64,000 bases of DNA from an uncultured Peptococcaceae bacterium (lineage in GTDB: Bacteria; Bacillota; Limnochordia; Darwinibacteriales; Darwinibacteriaceae): contig CALKAR010000208.1 of assembly GCA_937988745.1 (NCBI GenBank), positions 13,108 through 77,107 of the forward strand, read 5' to 3'. Shown one piece after another: positions 46,512 to 55,868 of this stretch. The notes beneath the pieces are model-generated. The model saw nothing but the letters and a program-made list of their open reading frames with translations, was not told the DNA's origin and ran no database searches. The position numbers and the translations under genes are program-made. The stretch's first letter is position 1, and every line of letters starts with the position of its first letter.

Positions 46512-47102
46512 TTACCTACTCCTTTCGTAAGCAACTGAGGCATCTTCAAAGCCACCGCGTACTGCATCAACGACAGCTTGACTGGACACGGTAGCTCCTG
46601 TCAGCACGTCAATATCGGTTCCCAGGGCGATGGGATCATCCAAAGTCTTGCCGACGAACTGGCGGCGGAAACTCTCCTCTTCAATTCGTGAACCAAGACC
46701 TGGGGTTTCTGAGTGGCTGACGATTGAAATTCCTAAGATCTGGCCATTTGAGCCGTCTACCCCAACCAAGACCCGAACAGCACCACCATAACCAGGACCT
46801 TCACCCACATAGGCGTAACCCACAGGATTATCGCTGTCATCGAACCCGATAAACATTTCTGTTGTGGTCTGTTCTACCTCTCGTGCCTGATCAGGATCCT
46901 CTTCAACTAAGGTACTGGGGGCAGAACCTAGGCGCTCAATTCTGGTAGCTTTAGGCAATACTTCTTGAATCGATGCCATCATTTCCTGAAGTTGGTTCTG
47001 GGCGATAATTTCACCGGTCCAGTCATAGACCCAAGCCAACAGACCGCCCGAAACCATGGCAATAACCGCCAATACTACTATCATGCGAATAGATTCATTC
47101 AA
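46512..47102 (-). CDS. rnfG: Rnf complex subunit G (FMN-binding).
   Basis: TM anchor, then an FMN_bind domain with the flavinylation motif DVLTGATVSS. The start is TTG at 47102 (TTGA overlap with the rnfD stop) or ATG at 47084. Confidence 0.88.
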   Translation of the reverse strand: MNESIRMIVVLAVIAMVSGGLLAWVYDWTGEIIAQNQLQEMMASIQEVLPKATRIERLGSAPSTLVEEDPDQAREVEQTTTEMFIGFDDSDNPVGYAYVGEGPGYGGAVRVLVGVDGSNGQILGISIVSHSETPGLGSRIEEESFRRQFVGKTLDDPIALGTDIDVLTGATVSSQAVVDAVRGGFEDASVAYERSR

Positions 47103-48016
47103 CTCTTCTGCACCCCCTGACCATAGATACGCGGGCGAGTCCACCGGTTAATAAGAGGTGTGACAGCGTTCATGATGAGAATCGCATAAGTAACACCTTC
47201 AGGCAAACTACCCCAAGTTCTGATTAACATGATCAGAAAGCCTACACCAATACCGAATATCCATCTACCCTTGGGTGTGTAAGGCGATGTGACCATGTCA
47301 GTCGCCATAAAAACTGCTGCAAACAGGAGACTTCCGGAAAATAGTTCAAAGATGGGGTTTGCTCCTGTCAGGAAGCTCATTACCACAGCAGAACCTAAAA
47401 CTCCCAGGGTAATGCGGTAGTCAATAATGCCTTTATAGAAAAGATAAATGCCGCCAAGCAGAATAGCTAGGACTGAAGTTTCACCCAGCGATCCTGGAAC
47501 AGCTCCAAAGAATAGGTCAGGCAAATTGGCTCGTGCTGCCCCTACGACCAATGGCGTAGCCCGTGTGATGGTATCAAAGGGCCCGGTCCACTTCGTCATC
47601 GGCTGTGCAAACGAAGCAACCAAGAACGCACGCCCAACGAGAGCTGGGTTAAAAATGTTATGACCCAGACCGCCAAAGACCTGCTTACCAATGGCAATTG
47701 CTACTACGGAACCGATAATTATCATCCAGCTGGGAAGCGTTGGCGGTACGCTGAGAGCCAAGAGTACGCCTGTTACCAGTGCACTTCCATCGCTGATCGT
47801 AATTTGCCGTCCGCGCATCTTCTGGAAAATCGCCTCGGTGGCAACTGCAGCCGCACCTCCCAGGAGGATCAGCCTAACAGCATCAAATCTAAAAAAGTAA
47901 AGCGAAGCTGCGATCACTGGAATGAGTGATAGCAAGACAGCAAACATGATATTTGGTGTTGTGTCTTTATCCCGCACATGGGGACTTGGTGTAACCACTA
48001 ATTTTAAGTTTTCCAT
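47099..48016 (-). CDS. rnfD: Rnf complex subunit D.
   Basis: SPH.R polytopic NqrB/RnfD sequence and the flavinylation-region motif DTITRATPL. Start ATG at 48016 after GAGGGAGGG. Confidence 0.92.
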   Translation of the reverse strand: MENLKLVVTPSPHVRDKDTTPNIMFAVLLSLIPVIAASLYFFRFDAVRLILLGGAAAVATEAIFQKMRGRQITISDGSALVTGVLLALSVPPTLPSWMIIIGSVVAIAIGKQVFGGLGHNIFNPALVGRAFLVASFAQPMTKWTGPFDTITRATPLVVGAARANLPDLFFGAVPGSLGETSVLAILLGGIYLFYKGIIDYRITLGVLGSAVVMSFLTGANPIFELFSGSLLFAAVFMATDMVTSPYTPKGRWIFGIGVGFLIMLIRTWGSLPEGVTYAILIMNAVTPLINRWTRPRIYGQGVQKS

Positions 48017-48029
48017 GACCCACCCTCCC

Positions 48030-49346
48030 TCAGCTTGATTTCTTGCGGCTCGCTGCCACAATTTGATTCTTGGCAACCCGGATGTACTGCAGTAAGGGCC
48101 GCTTGGATGGGCAAATATAGGTGCAGCAGCCACACTCAATGCAGTCCATGGCGCCGTATTCTTTCGCTTCATCCCACATTTCGTTCATTCCGAAGGCCTC
48201 CAGCCTAAGCGGAAGCAGGTAGACAGGGCAAACATCGACGCAGCGGGCACACTTAATGCAAGGCATAACATCGGGTTCTTCACTTTCAGCCTTAGTAAGT
48301 GCTAATATGCCGTTCGAAGTCTTTACGATGGGAGCTTCTAACCCTACTTGGGCCATACCCATCATGGGACCGCCCACAATAACCTTACCAGGTTCTTCAG
48401 TAAAGCCTCCCGCAGCTTCTACAAGGTTCTGCAAAGGTGTGCCAATGGGAACCAAGAAGTTACGGGGCTCCTTAATTGCCGGGCCGGTTACTGTTACGAT
48501 GCGCTCAACCAAAGGTTTGCCGTCACGAACAGCCTGCGCTACAGCCACTGCGGTAGCGACGTTTTGAACGACAACACCTGCTTGGAAAGGCAGACCGTTG
48601 GAAGGCACCTCACGGCCTGTGATGGCCTTGATCAACTGCTTTTCTCCACCCTGCGGATACTTTGTGTCTAGGAGAGCAATCTCAATCGCGCCGGCAAATT
48701 TCTGGAGCTCTGCAACCGCATCCATCTTATTGTCTTCGACGCCGATAATGATCTTCTTTGCTCGGCAGACCTTCGCCATCAACTTGGCGCCTAGAATGAC
48801 ATCTTCCGCATGTTCAAGCATTAAGCGATGATCGCTAGTCAAATAGGGCTCGCATTCAGCGCCGTTGAGAATTAAGTAATCGATGACAGCATCCTTCGGT
48901 GGAGTCAATTTTGCCGCGGTAGGAAACCCGGCTCCACCCATGCCAACAATTCCCGCGGCCCGGATCTTGTCCAAAATAGTATCGCGATCCAGCTGAACCG
49001 GATCGGGATGACTCTCAAGTTCAATCCACTTGTTCTGGCCGTCGTTTTCGATAACAACAGAAAGCACTGACCGGCCATTAATGTGTGGCCGATCAGTGAC
49101 TGCCACAACGGTTCCAGAAATTGGGGCATGCACAGGAGCACTGATAGGCTGAGGAGCCTCTCCTATAACTTGCCCCGCTAAGACTTCATCTCCCTTTTTT
49201 ACAGTCGGGACAGCGGGAGCTCCAATATGCTGCAGCATAGGAACAACAACTGTCTCGGGTGCTGACAAAACCTCAATGGGACTTGCAGCGGTTAGTTCTT
49301 TAGCGTAATTCGGATGTATTCCTCCGAAAAACGTTCTAACTGACAT
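48030..49346 (-). CDS. rnfC: Rnf complex subunit C.
   Basis: GGIHP N-terminus, GMGGAGFPT, and two CxxCxxCxxxCP motifs near the C-terminus. Confidence 0.92.
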   Translation of the reverse strand: MSVRTFFGGIHPNYAKELTAASPIEVLSAPETVVVPMLQHIGAPAVPTVKKGDEVLAGQVIGEAPQPISAPVHAPISGTVVAVTDRPHINGRSVLSVVIENDGQNKWIELESHPDPVQLDRDTILDKIRAAGIVGMGGAGFPTAAKLTPPKDAVIDYLILNGAECEPYLTSDHRLMLEHAEDVILGAKLMAKVCRAKKIIIGVEDNKMDAVAELQKFAGAIEIALLDTKYPQGGEKQLIKAITGREVPSNGLPFQAGVVVQNVATAVAVAQAVRDGKPLVERIVTVTGPAIKEPRNFLVPIGTPLQNLVEAAGGFTEEPGKVIVGGPMMGMAQVGLEAPIVKTSNGILALTKAESEEPDVMPCIKCARCVDVCPVYLLPLRLEAFGMNEMWDEAKEYGAMDCIECGCCTYICPSKRPLLQYIRVAKNQIVAASRKKSS

Positions 49347-49413
49347 GTATCCTTTCACCTCACACCCAAGATGTCTTTAGGCACACGAAATACTATTTCG
49401 GTAGAATATCAAA

Positions 49414-49869
49414 TTATCCTTCCCCGAATCCTAGCTGCCGCCAAGCCTCATAAACAACAATGGCAACAGTATTGGCTAAGTTCAGCGAACGCACATTTTT
49501 CTGGGGAATGGTTATGATATTGTGCCGCCACTCGTTCAGCAGCTCCTCTGGAAGGCCACTTGTTTCGCTGCCAAACACAAAATAGTCATCCGGCCCATAA
49601 GCCGGCTCGGTGTAAAGACGTTCACCTCCCGTTTCAACCAAATAAATAGTGCCGCGACCGTCCATGGCAGTCGTGAAATCATCCCAAGAATCATGCACTC
49701 TAAGATCGACAAAATCCCAATAATCTAAACCTGCTCTGCGCAGACGCTTATCATGCAGGAAAAAACCCAAGGGACGAATGAGATGTAAAACGGCACCGGT
49801 TGCGGCGCAGAGACGAGCTACGTTACCGGCATTAGCTGCAATCTCTGGTTCAAATAAGACAACATTCAT
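49414..49869 (-). CDS. trmL: tRNA (cytidine(34)-2'-O)-methyltransferase, SpoU/TrmL type.
   Basis: 151 aa: VVLFEPEIAANAGNVARLCAATG..LHLI.PLGF and a C-terminal LNLANTVAIVVYEA knot region. Confidence 0.88.
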   Translation of the reverse strand: MNVVLFEPEIAANAGNVARLCAATGAVLHLIRPLGFFLHDKRLRRAGLDYWDFVDLRVHDSWDDFTTAMDGRGTIYLVETGGERLYTEPAYGPDDYFVFGSETSGLPEELLNEWRHNIITIPQKNVRSLNLANTVAIVVYEAWRQLGFGEG

Positions 49870-49943
49870 ACTGCCACCCCATATCCACTAAAACACGCGA
49901 GAAACGAAGGTAATACCCTTCGTTTCTCATAAGAAAACTATAC

Positions 49944-50651
49944 TTAAAAATGATACCGTACAAATCCCTGAAGTTGATTGCCGTTCCAGCCTGCGCCAAT
50001 CGACATGGGTTCATCTGGCACATCGACAAGGCCGTAAGCACTGAAGCCTGTTTCTCCATAAGACAAGTCGAGTTTGAGAGTTTCACTTGGTTCTAGGTAA
50101 GACAAACCGACTCCAAAATTGGTGCCCAACTGAGCCGACAGGCGCCACGTACCTCCCCGCCGAAGTTGCAGGAAGGGCTGAATAGTGTAATCTACTCCGC
50201 CTTCATCATTGACATACAGATGAGCAGAGCCGCTCACACCATGGCCGTATTCACCATACATGCGGTTATATTCCCCGTAGGCACCCACATGGGGATCCAC
50301 ATTGTCTAGAAAGGTCGACAAGATTGGCCGCTGAGTATTCGCCACAAACACTTCTAACGTATACCCAACGTTACCCACACTGACCTGCTTGTGCCCGCCG
50401 ATCCAGCTGGAAAAAGACTCAACGTCCACAATGTCCTGCGACAAAAAGCCTACAATACCGGTTTTTTCGTACCCGAAGAACCCAATGGTCTTCACCGTTT
50501 CTTGGGTCAAGCCCAGTCCCGCCTGCCACCCACCGGCGCCATATCCAAAGAGCAGTTCACCCTTAAGCTCCGCCGCGCAGGCCACTGCGCTAAACTGGGC
50601 CAAGCATATGATTAGAACTATGAGCTTGAGCAAACTACCGCGCCAAGACAT
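49944..50651 (-). CDS. Secreted beta-rich protein with outer-membrane beta-barrel-like features.
   Basis: Signal peptide (LIVLIICLAQFSAVACA), long runs of alternating hydrophobic/polar residues rich in G/Y/F, and a C-terminal ...GFVRYHF ending in Phe. Confidence 0.5.
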   Translation of the reverse strand: MSWRGSLLKLIVLIICLAQFSAVACAAELKGELLFGYGAGGWQAGLGLTQETVKTIGFFGYEKTGIVGFLSQDIVDVESFSSWIGGHKQVSVGNVGYTLEVFVANTQRPILSTFLDNVDPHVGAYGEYNRMYGEYGHGVSGSAHLYVNDEGGVDYTIQPFLQLRRGGTWRLSAQLGTNFGVGLSYLEPSETLKLDLSYGETGFSAYGLVDVPDEPMSIGAGWNGNQLQGFVRYHF

Positions 50652-50666
50652 CCTAAAAAGCTCCCC

Positions 50667-51476
50667 CTATAATCGCATTTCTTTCACCGCAGGCAGTTTG
50701 GTGATGGATTCCGCCGACAGATCTTGGTTGATAACCACATTAGTAAACGTAAGCGTCCGAAGCAGGACACCATCTTCATACTCTCTGATCAGATGGGGAA
50801 TAAATGTATCGCTGCTGACCTGGACCACCTGCATCTGGTCACCAAGGCCAGTAACCGTAAGCTCATATGTTACAATGCCATCTTCCTCAAACATGTCGCT
50901 GACTTCCACTTGGTAACGAGTGAAGTCAAACAAACTTTCCATGTCCAGATCAGTTAGGTTAAGTGCACCCGCGGCTTGATTACCTAAATCTTCGATTTTT
51001 TGAATCATAATGTGGTTGTTCACTGGAGTGTACATCCTGACTTCCATCGCAGCACGATCCGCAACATAAATCTGACCTCTCAACGCACTAGGAGAACTAA
51101 ACTCCATACGGATCATCTTATGTAGAAGGCTTGCCACAAACTTCAGTGTCACCACTTCTTCACGCTCACCACGTACCTCCGTAAACTGTACATCTGCTTC
51201 TATATCGGTGAGATTGGCAATAGCATGGTTAATCTGCTCGACCACATCAGCCGCAGTCTCGTCCATCTGGATCTGCTCCAAAACCGATTCTACACTAAGC
51301 TGGGAGACCTCTTCTTCTAACTCTTCGCTGAGCTGCAGCTCAGGAAGCTTAATAGTTATGTTAGCTGATGACTTCAGTTCCCCTGCTAAAACAGGAGCCG
51401 ACAAACCTTGTATGCTGATACATAGAACTAGTGCGGTAAGAAGAATGTGTAAGAACTTTGATTTTCCGTTTGTCAT
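50667..51476 (-). CDS. Secreted LolA-fold-like protein (LolA/YdcC/DUF4367 class).
   Basis: Signal peptide, about 240 aa of mature beta-rich sequence, and a size and pattern like LolA-like lipoprotein-sorting or sporulation YdcC proteins. Tentative. Confidence 0.45.
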   Translation of the reverse strand: MTNGKSKFLHILLTALVLCISIQGLSAPVLAGELKSSANITIKLPELQLSEELEEEVSQLSVESVLEQIQMDETAADVVEQINHAIANLTDIEADVQFTEVRGEREEVVTLKFVASLLHKMIRMEFSSPSALRGQIYVADRAAMEVRMYTPVNNHIMIQKIEDLGNQAAGALNLTDLDMESLFDFTRYQVEVSDMFEEDGIVTYELTVTGLGDQMQVVQVSSDTFIPHLIREYEDGVLLRTLTFTNVVINQDLSAESITKLPAVKEMRL

Positions 51477-51587
51477 GGTTAACTGCTCCCCTTGCCATTA
51501 GTAAAATACGTATAAACCTACTTGCACTCACGTAGAGCACGGTATAGAATGATCTCTAGAAATGTCAATAAATAGGAGGGACACCAG

Positions 51588-51824
51588 ATGCCGAGATATG
51601 ATTACCGGTGTGAAAAATGCGGCATGTTTGAACTAGAACAAAGTATAAAGGACGACCCAATATCTGTCTGTCCTACCTGTGGAGGAAAAGTCCAGCGGTT
51701 GATCAGCAAGAACGTTGGCATCATCTTTAAAGGATCAGGTTTCTATATTAATGACAGCCGCCAGGCGGATCAACCTGCATGTCAAAACGGCGAATGCAGT
51801 AATGACTGCGCCTTATCATCATGA
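51588..51824 (+). CDS. FmdB-family zinc-ribbon protein.
   Basis: MPRYDYRCEKCG...CPTCGG is the CxxC_CxxC_SSSS signature. A candidate promoter lies upstream (TTGCAC, 17 nt, TAGAAT). Confidence 0.8.
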   Translation: MPRYDYRCEKCGMFELEQSIKDDPISVCPTCGGKVQRLISKNVGIIFKGSGFYINDSRQADQPACQNGECSNDCALSS

Positions 51825-51852
51825 AACGATGCCCTGCAAAAGCAGGGCTTTT

Positions 51853-52803
51853 TTAATACCCTCTTTCCCGATCCACAACATTACGGTGCGGACTACCAGT
51901 TTTGACGAAGCTGCGCCAGTTGTCTAGAAAAATCTCTAATGCTCGGTCCGCATGAAATGGTGTATACCCACTGTTGTGCGGCGAAATGATCAGATTAGGC
52001 AGTTCCCACAAACGGCTCTCTGCAGGCAGGGGTTCTTCTGGCAAAACATCCAAACCAGCTCCGGCAATTTTACCTTTTGAAAGGACTTCATACAAGTCTT
52101 CTTCGGGAATTAAAGATCCGCGGCCAACATTAATTACCACTGCATGCCTGGGGAGTTTGGTCAACCGCTTCCCATTCAAAAACCCGGAAGTTTTTTCAGT
52201 ATGAGGCAGTGCGCAAACCACGTAATCTAGCTGACCGAGGAATTTGTCCACCTCGTCTAGAGCATAGACTGCTTCTACATGCCTTTCATCTCCGCGAGGC
52301 TGCGTCCGAAAACCGATGACCCGACAGCCAAAGCCAGATAATCTTTGAGCCACATGCTGCCCGATATCACCGAAACCGAGGACTCCGACCAATGAATCGG
52401 TCAGCTCGCGAAACTGGTAAGGCTCCTCCCACCGCCATTGACGCTTATGCTGATAATCACGGGCAAAATGGAGCCCTCTGTTAAAGGCCAGCATCATACC
52501 AATAACATGTTCAGCGATGTTCGGTCCAAAGATACCACTGCCGTTGGTCAGCACCATATCTGCATTGCCCCAAGATGCTGCCAAAACCGTCTCTGCTCCC
52601 GCATAAGGTATCTGCATCCACCTGCAGCGAACTGCACGACTGAGCAGTTCAGGCCTAATGTAACCAAAAATCACCTCAGCCTGTTCCAATAGATTCGGAA
52701 GTTCTTCTTTATCCGATGTCCGAAGTATCTCGGCGGATGTCTCCTGTTGAATCTTATTCACATGGTTCTCATCCAACTGCGACCATGCAAGTAAAAGCTT
52801 CAT
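51853..52803 (-). CDS. D-isomer-specific 2-hydroxyacid dehydrogenase family protein.
   Basis: VLGFGDIGQHVAQRL NAD-binding motif and the catalytic region (NVGRG...E..L, SPHNSG). Confidence 0.85.
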   Translation of the reverse strand: MKLLLAWSQLDENHVNKIQQETSAEILRTSDKEELPNLLEQAEVIFGYIRPELLSRAVRCRWMQIPYAGAETVLAASWGNADMVLTNGSGIFGPNIAEHVIGMMLAFNRGLHFARDYQHKRQWRWEEPYQFRELTDSLVGVLGFGDIGQHVAQRLSGFGCRVIGFRTQPRGDERHVEAVYALDEVDKFLGQLDYVVCALPHTEKTSGFLNGKRLTKLPRHAVVINVGRGSLIPEEDLYEVLSKGKIAGAGLDVLPEEPLPAESRLWELPNLIISPHNSGYTPFHADRALEIFLDNWRSFVKTGSPHRNVVDRERGY

Positions 52804-52823
52804 AGACAGCCTCCAATGACGTA

Positions 52824-54230
52824 TTAGGGAATGGTCAGCTGGGGTCTGGTCAGCCGAATGGTATTGCCGTCCCGTTCAACGGTTGGAGACAAGAAGGAAC
52901 GGCGTTCCACCACTCGAGGAACAGGATTTACAATTACAACAGGCTCCAGGCTGGGTCCTTGTATTATGAACCAGTCTTGACCATCAAAGATGTACAATCC
53001 GCTCCCGTCTTCATTCCAAACATAGTCAACGACTGCCGCACCGGTAGCTAGAGGCACGTCTACTCTGTCTGGGACATATCCTACAAGGAGCTTGCTGGCG
53101 CCTTCATCATTTAACATGTACGCCAGGCGTTCACCAGACGGATCCCACCGAAGGTTGGACGCCCGTGCACCCTGAAACTGTCGCCACTCATGGGCTATCC
53201 GGCCGTAGCGATCCAGTAGCAGTATGCTCTGGCGCCCCAACTCTTCGACCACTACCGCCAGGTAACGGCCGTCAGGAGCCCATTCTGCTTCCAAAACATT
53301 GTGATCTTGAAGCCATTCTAACTCCCGATTGAGCTGTGTATCGTAAACTTTCAGCAAATTACCATTAGCACCTGAAACCAATTCTACTACGAATCTACCC
53401 ATAAAATCCATTCGAGGATATGAATAGGAATTCCTGCCGTTCCCAGCTACTTTAATCGGCAGGTTTTCTGTAACCTTCACTGGTTTACTCCAGAAATCTT
53501 TAACCTTGTTGGCCATGCGGCTGCGCCGCTCAGCACTGGCGGGGTGCGTGCTGAAGACACTGACCGAATGATCATCAGATTCAATAGATATTAGATAGTC
53601 CATTAACATTACGGCACCCGCGGGATCAAATCCTGCTGCATATGCTAATTCCTGCCCTAATTCGTCGGCTTCAAACTCAGCCTCGCGGCCCCAACCGAGG
53701 CGAAGTAGCTGAAGCACAGTGGCACTAGCCATACGCACTACTTCCGAACTGGCCACATCAAACCAAAACATCCCCATCTCTACCAAGACAGTTAGTCCGA
53801 GATGCTTCAGAACTGTGTTGATGCCATGTTTTAGCTCCACATGAGCGAGCTCATGACCTAAGACAGCGGCTAATCTGTGCGGGTCACCTTGAAGTTCTCG
53901 CAAGAGGCCGCGCGTGATAAATACAAAACCACCGGGCAGAGCGAAAGCATTTGCTTCATTAGAATTGAGTACCGTCAGTGAATATGACAGCACGTCTTTC
54001 CGCTGCGTAGCGTTTACAAGGCGCTCAAACACAGCGTCAACCCACTGCTGTTCCCAGACCGGCAGATGGTATTCCCCACCATATGCCTTCACCAGGTCAG
54101 CAACAGCCCCTGCGCCAACGCTGCGTTCAAACTGATCCATGAAACCTCCATTGGCCTGCACAGAAAGGCTCAAAAAAACAATTAAGACGAGTAAAATTGG
54201 CAAGCTTCTTTTCAGATTGACCACCGCCAT
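52824..54230 (-). CDS. Secreted M48-family zinc metallopeptidase fused to a C-terminal beta-rich domain (TolB/WD40-like; possible beta-propeller).
   Basis: Signal peptide and HELAHVELKH (HExxH). The C-terminal region of about 220 aa has repeated W..DG..LA/Y-type blades (WAPDGRYLAVV, WDPSGERLAYM, WNEDGSGLYIF). Confidence 0.75.
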   Translation of the reverse strand: MAVVNLKRSLPILLVLIVFLSLSVQANGGFMDQFERSVGAGAVADLVKAYGGEYHLPVWEQQWVDAVFERLVNATQRKDVLSYSLTVLNSNEANAFALPGGFVFITRGLLRELQGDPHRLAAVLGHELAHVELKHGINTVLKHLGLTVLVEMGMFWFDVASSEVVRMASATVLQLLRLGWGREAEFEADELGQELAYAAGFDPAGAVMLMDYLISIESDDHSVSVFSTHPASAERRSRMANKVKDFWSKPVKVTENLPIKVAGNGRNSYSYPRMDFMGRFVVELVSGANGNLLKVYDTQLNRELEWLQDHNVLEAEWAPDGRYLAVVVEELGRQSILLLDRYGRIAHEWRQFQGARASNLRWDPSGERLAYMLNDEGASKLLVGYVPDRVDVPLATGAAVVDYVWNEDGSGLYIFDGQDWFIIQGPSLEPVVIVNPVPRVVERRSFLSPTVERDGNTIRLTRPQLTIP

Positions 54231-54730
54231 TCTGCCAGAACCAAGTCTAAATCTGCGCGAGTACTATCAAAGGCTTCCGCCTCGTCACTGATAGTAATAC
54301 TGATGGCTCGTCCGTCACCAATTAGCGCTAACACCCTCGTCTCTCGCTGATGCTGCCCACTCCCTGCTTTATATGTATAAGTCAGGCAGGCTGCAGGCAG
54401 ACCATCAAGCTCATACCGAGCCGGGCCTTCTTCAAGCACAAAGTCCGTCAGCCCCCCGGGTTCAGCGAAGAGAGAGGCCACATATTCAGCATATTCGACA
54501 GGATCATCATACGACACCGGTTCCAAGAATTCAAAGTAGACCAGGTTATATGGTCCAGGTCCGTAAAAGACACTTAACGCCAGACTGCTCTGCTGCGTTT
54601 GATACACCCATTCTTCAGGAATTACTGTATGGAACAAACCATTGGGATCGGTAAATACAAATTCTCTGGCTCCAGCAGCTGGAGCTGATATCAAAGCCAA
54701 GGCCAGCAGTACCATTAACGGTTTAAGCAC
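54212..54730 (-). CDS. Secreted hypothetical protein.
   Basis: Signal peptide LMVLLALALISAPAAGA. GTG at 54730 follows GGGGGTG. It overlaps the downstream M48 gene by 19 nt. Confidence 0.55.
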   Translation of the reverse strand: MLKPLMVLLALALISAPAAGAREFVFTDPNGLFHTVIPEEWVYQTQQSSLALSVFYGPGPYNLVYFEFLEPVSYDDPVEYAEYVASLFAEPGGLTDFVLEEGPARYELDGLPAACLTYTYKAGSGQHQRETRVLALIGDGRAISITISDEAEAFDSTRADLDLVLAEWRWSI

Positions 54731-54747
54731 TCTTACACCCCCTAGCC

Positions 54748-55755
54748 TTAGCAAGAACTCCGCTCGATCAAGCGAGCAGGCAAGATACGGTGTTCTGGAG
54801 GAGATTCATTCTGGTGAATCTGGTTTACCAGCAGTTCGGCTGCTGCCTGCCCCAGCTCATAGATGGGAACATGGACTGTGCTAAGAGGTGGGTCGATGCA
54901 TGCACCCAAAATGGTATTGTTAAAACCAATTACACCAATGTCCTTGCCGACCACAAAACCTTCTTGCTGCAGAGCCTGGATGGCGCCCACTGCCAGCAGA
55001 TCATCGACGCAGAACAGACCTGTAAACCGTCTACCTTTGTTTAGGAGACGCTTAACGGCTTCAATACCCCCATCGAGAGAGAAGTCTGAATATTCAATAA
55101 GATCTTTATCTACAACAAGCCCGTTGGATTCAAGGACTTCAATATACCCTTGAACCCGGTCGTGACTCACGATAAATTCCGGATCCCCTGCCAGACAAGC
55201 AATCTCCCTATAGCCCTTAGAAAGCAGAAACTCTACTGCTTCTCGGGCCGCCAAAACATTATCGTTATTGACCCAGTTGATTTCCTCCGTCCCCTCGTAT
55301 CTCCCAATAAGAACAAAGGGAAAGCCCTCATTAAACAAGCAGGGTATAAGTTGATCATTTCGATGGGATGCTAGAATTACCACACCATCTACTTGGCGCT
55401 GACGCAGCATATCAAGACATTCCTTCTCTTCCTGCTCAGGACAGCTGCTGGTGGAGAGAACCAGATTAAGGTGATGCTGGTTTGCAACCGAAGATATACC
55501 CCTAATTACGTCGGGGAAAAAGGGGTTGGCAAACGTTTGCTCATTGGTTCGAGAACGAATCACGCCCAGGGAGTTGCTCGTCTTATTGACAAGACTGCGG
55601 GCAATGGCATTGGGATAGTATCCCAGTTCCCTCATTACAGCCCGCACCCGATCCTTCGTTTCTTGGCTGATGTGGGGATGATCCGCAATGACCCGGCTGA
55701 CTGTCGAGGGAGATACCCGCGCCTTTCTTGCCACATCTATGATCGTAACAGACAT
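54748..55755 (-). CDS. LacI-family transcriptional regulator.
   Basis: TIIDVARKARVSPSTVSRVI HTH and a periplasmic-binding-protein-like effector domain. Start ATG at 55755 after GGGGTG. Confidence 0.9.
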   Translation of the reverse strand: MSVTIIDVARKARVSPSTVSRVIADHPHISQETKDRVRAVMRELGYYPNAIARSLVNKTSNSLGVIRSRTNEQTFANPFFPDVIRGISSVANQHHLNLVLSTSSCPEQEEKECLDMLRQRQVDGVVILASHRNDQLIPCLFNEGFPFVLIGRYEGTEEINWVNNDNVLAAREAVEFLLSKGYREIACLAGDPEFIVSHDRVQGYIEVLESNGLVVDKDLIEYSDFSLDGGIEAVKRLLNKGRRFTGLFCVDDLLAVGAIQALQQEGFVVGKDIGVIGFNNTILGACIDPPLSTVHVPIYELGQAAAELLVNQIHQNESPPEHRILPARLIERSSC

Positions 55756-55868
55756 AACCTGCACCCCAACGTCGGCAGCCTGATACAGCCTGCCGTTTGT
55801 TTATTACACATTACAACACAAACAGATGTTTTCCTACTAGAGCAACATATCTTTCTGGAGGGAATTAG

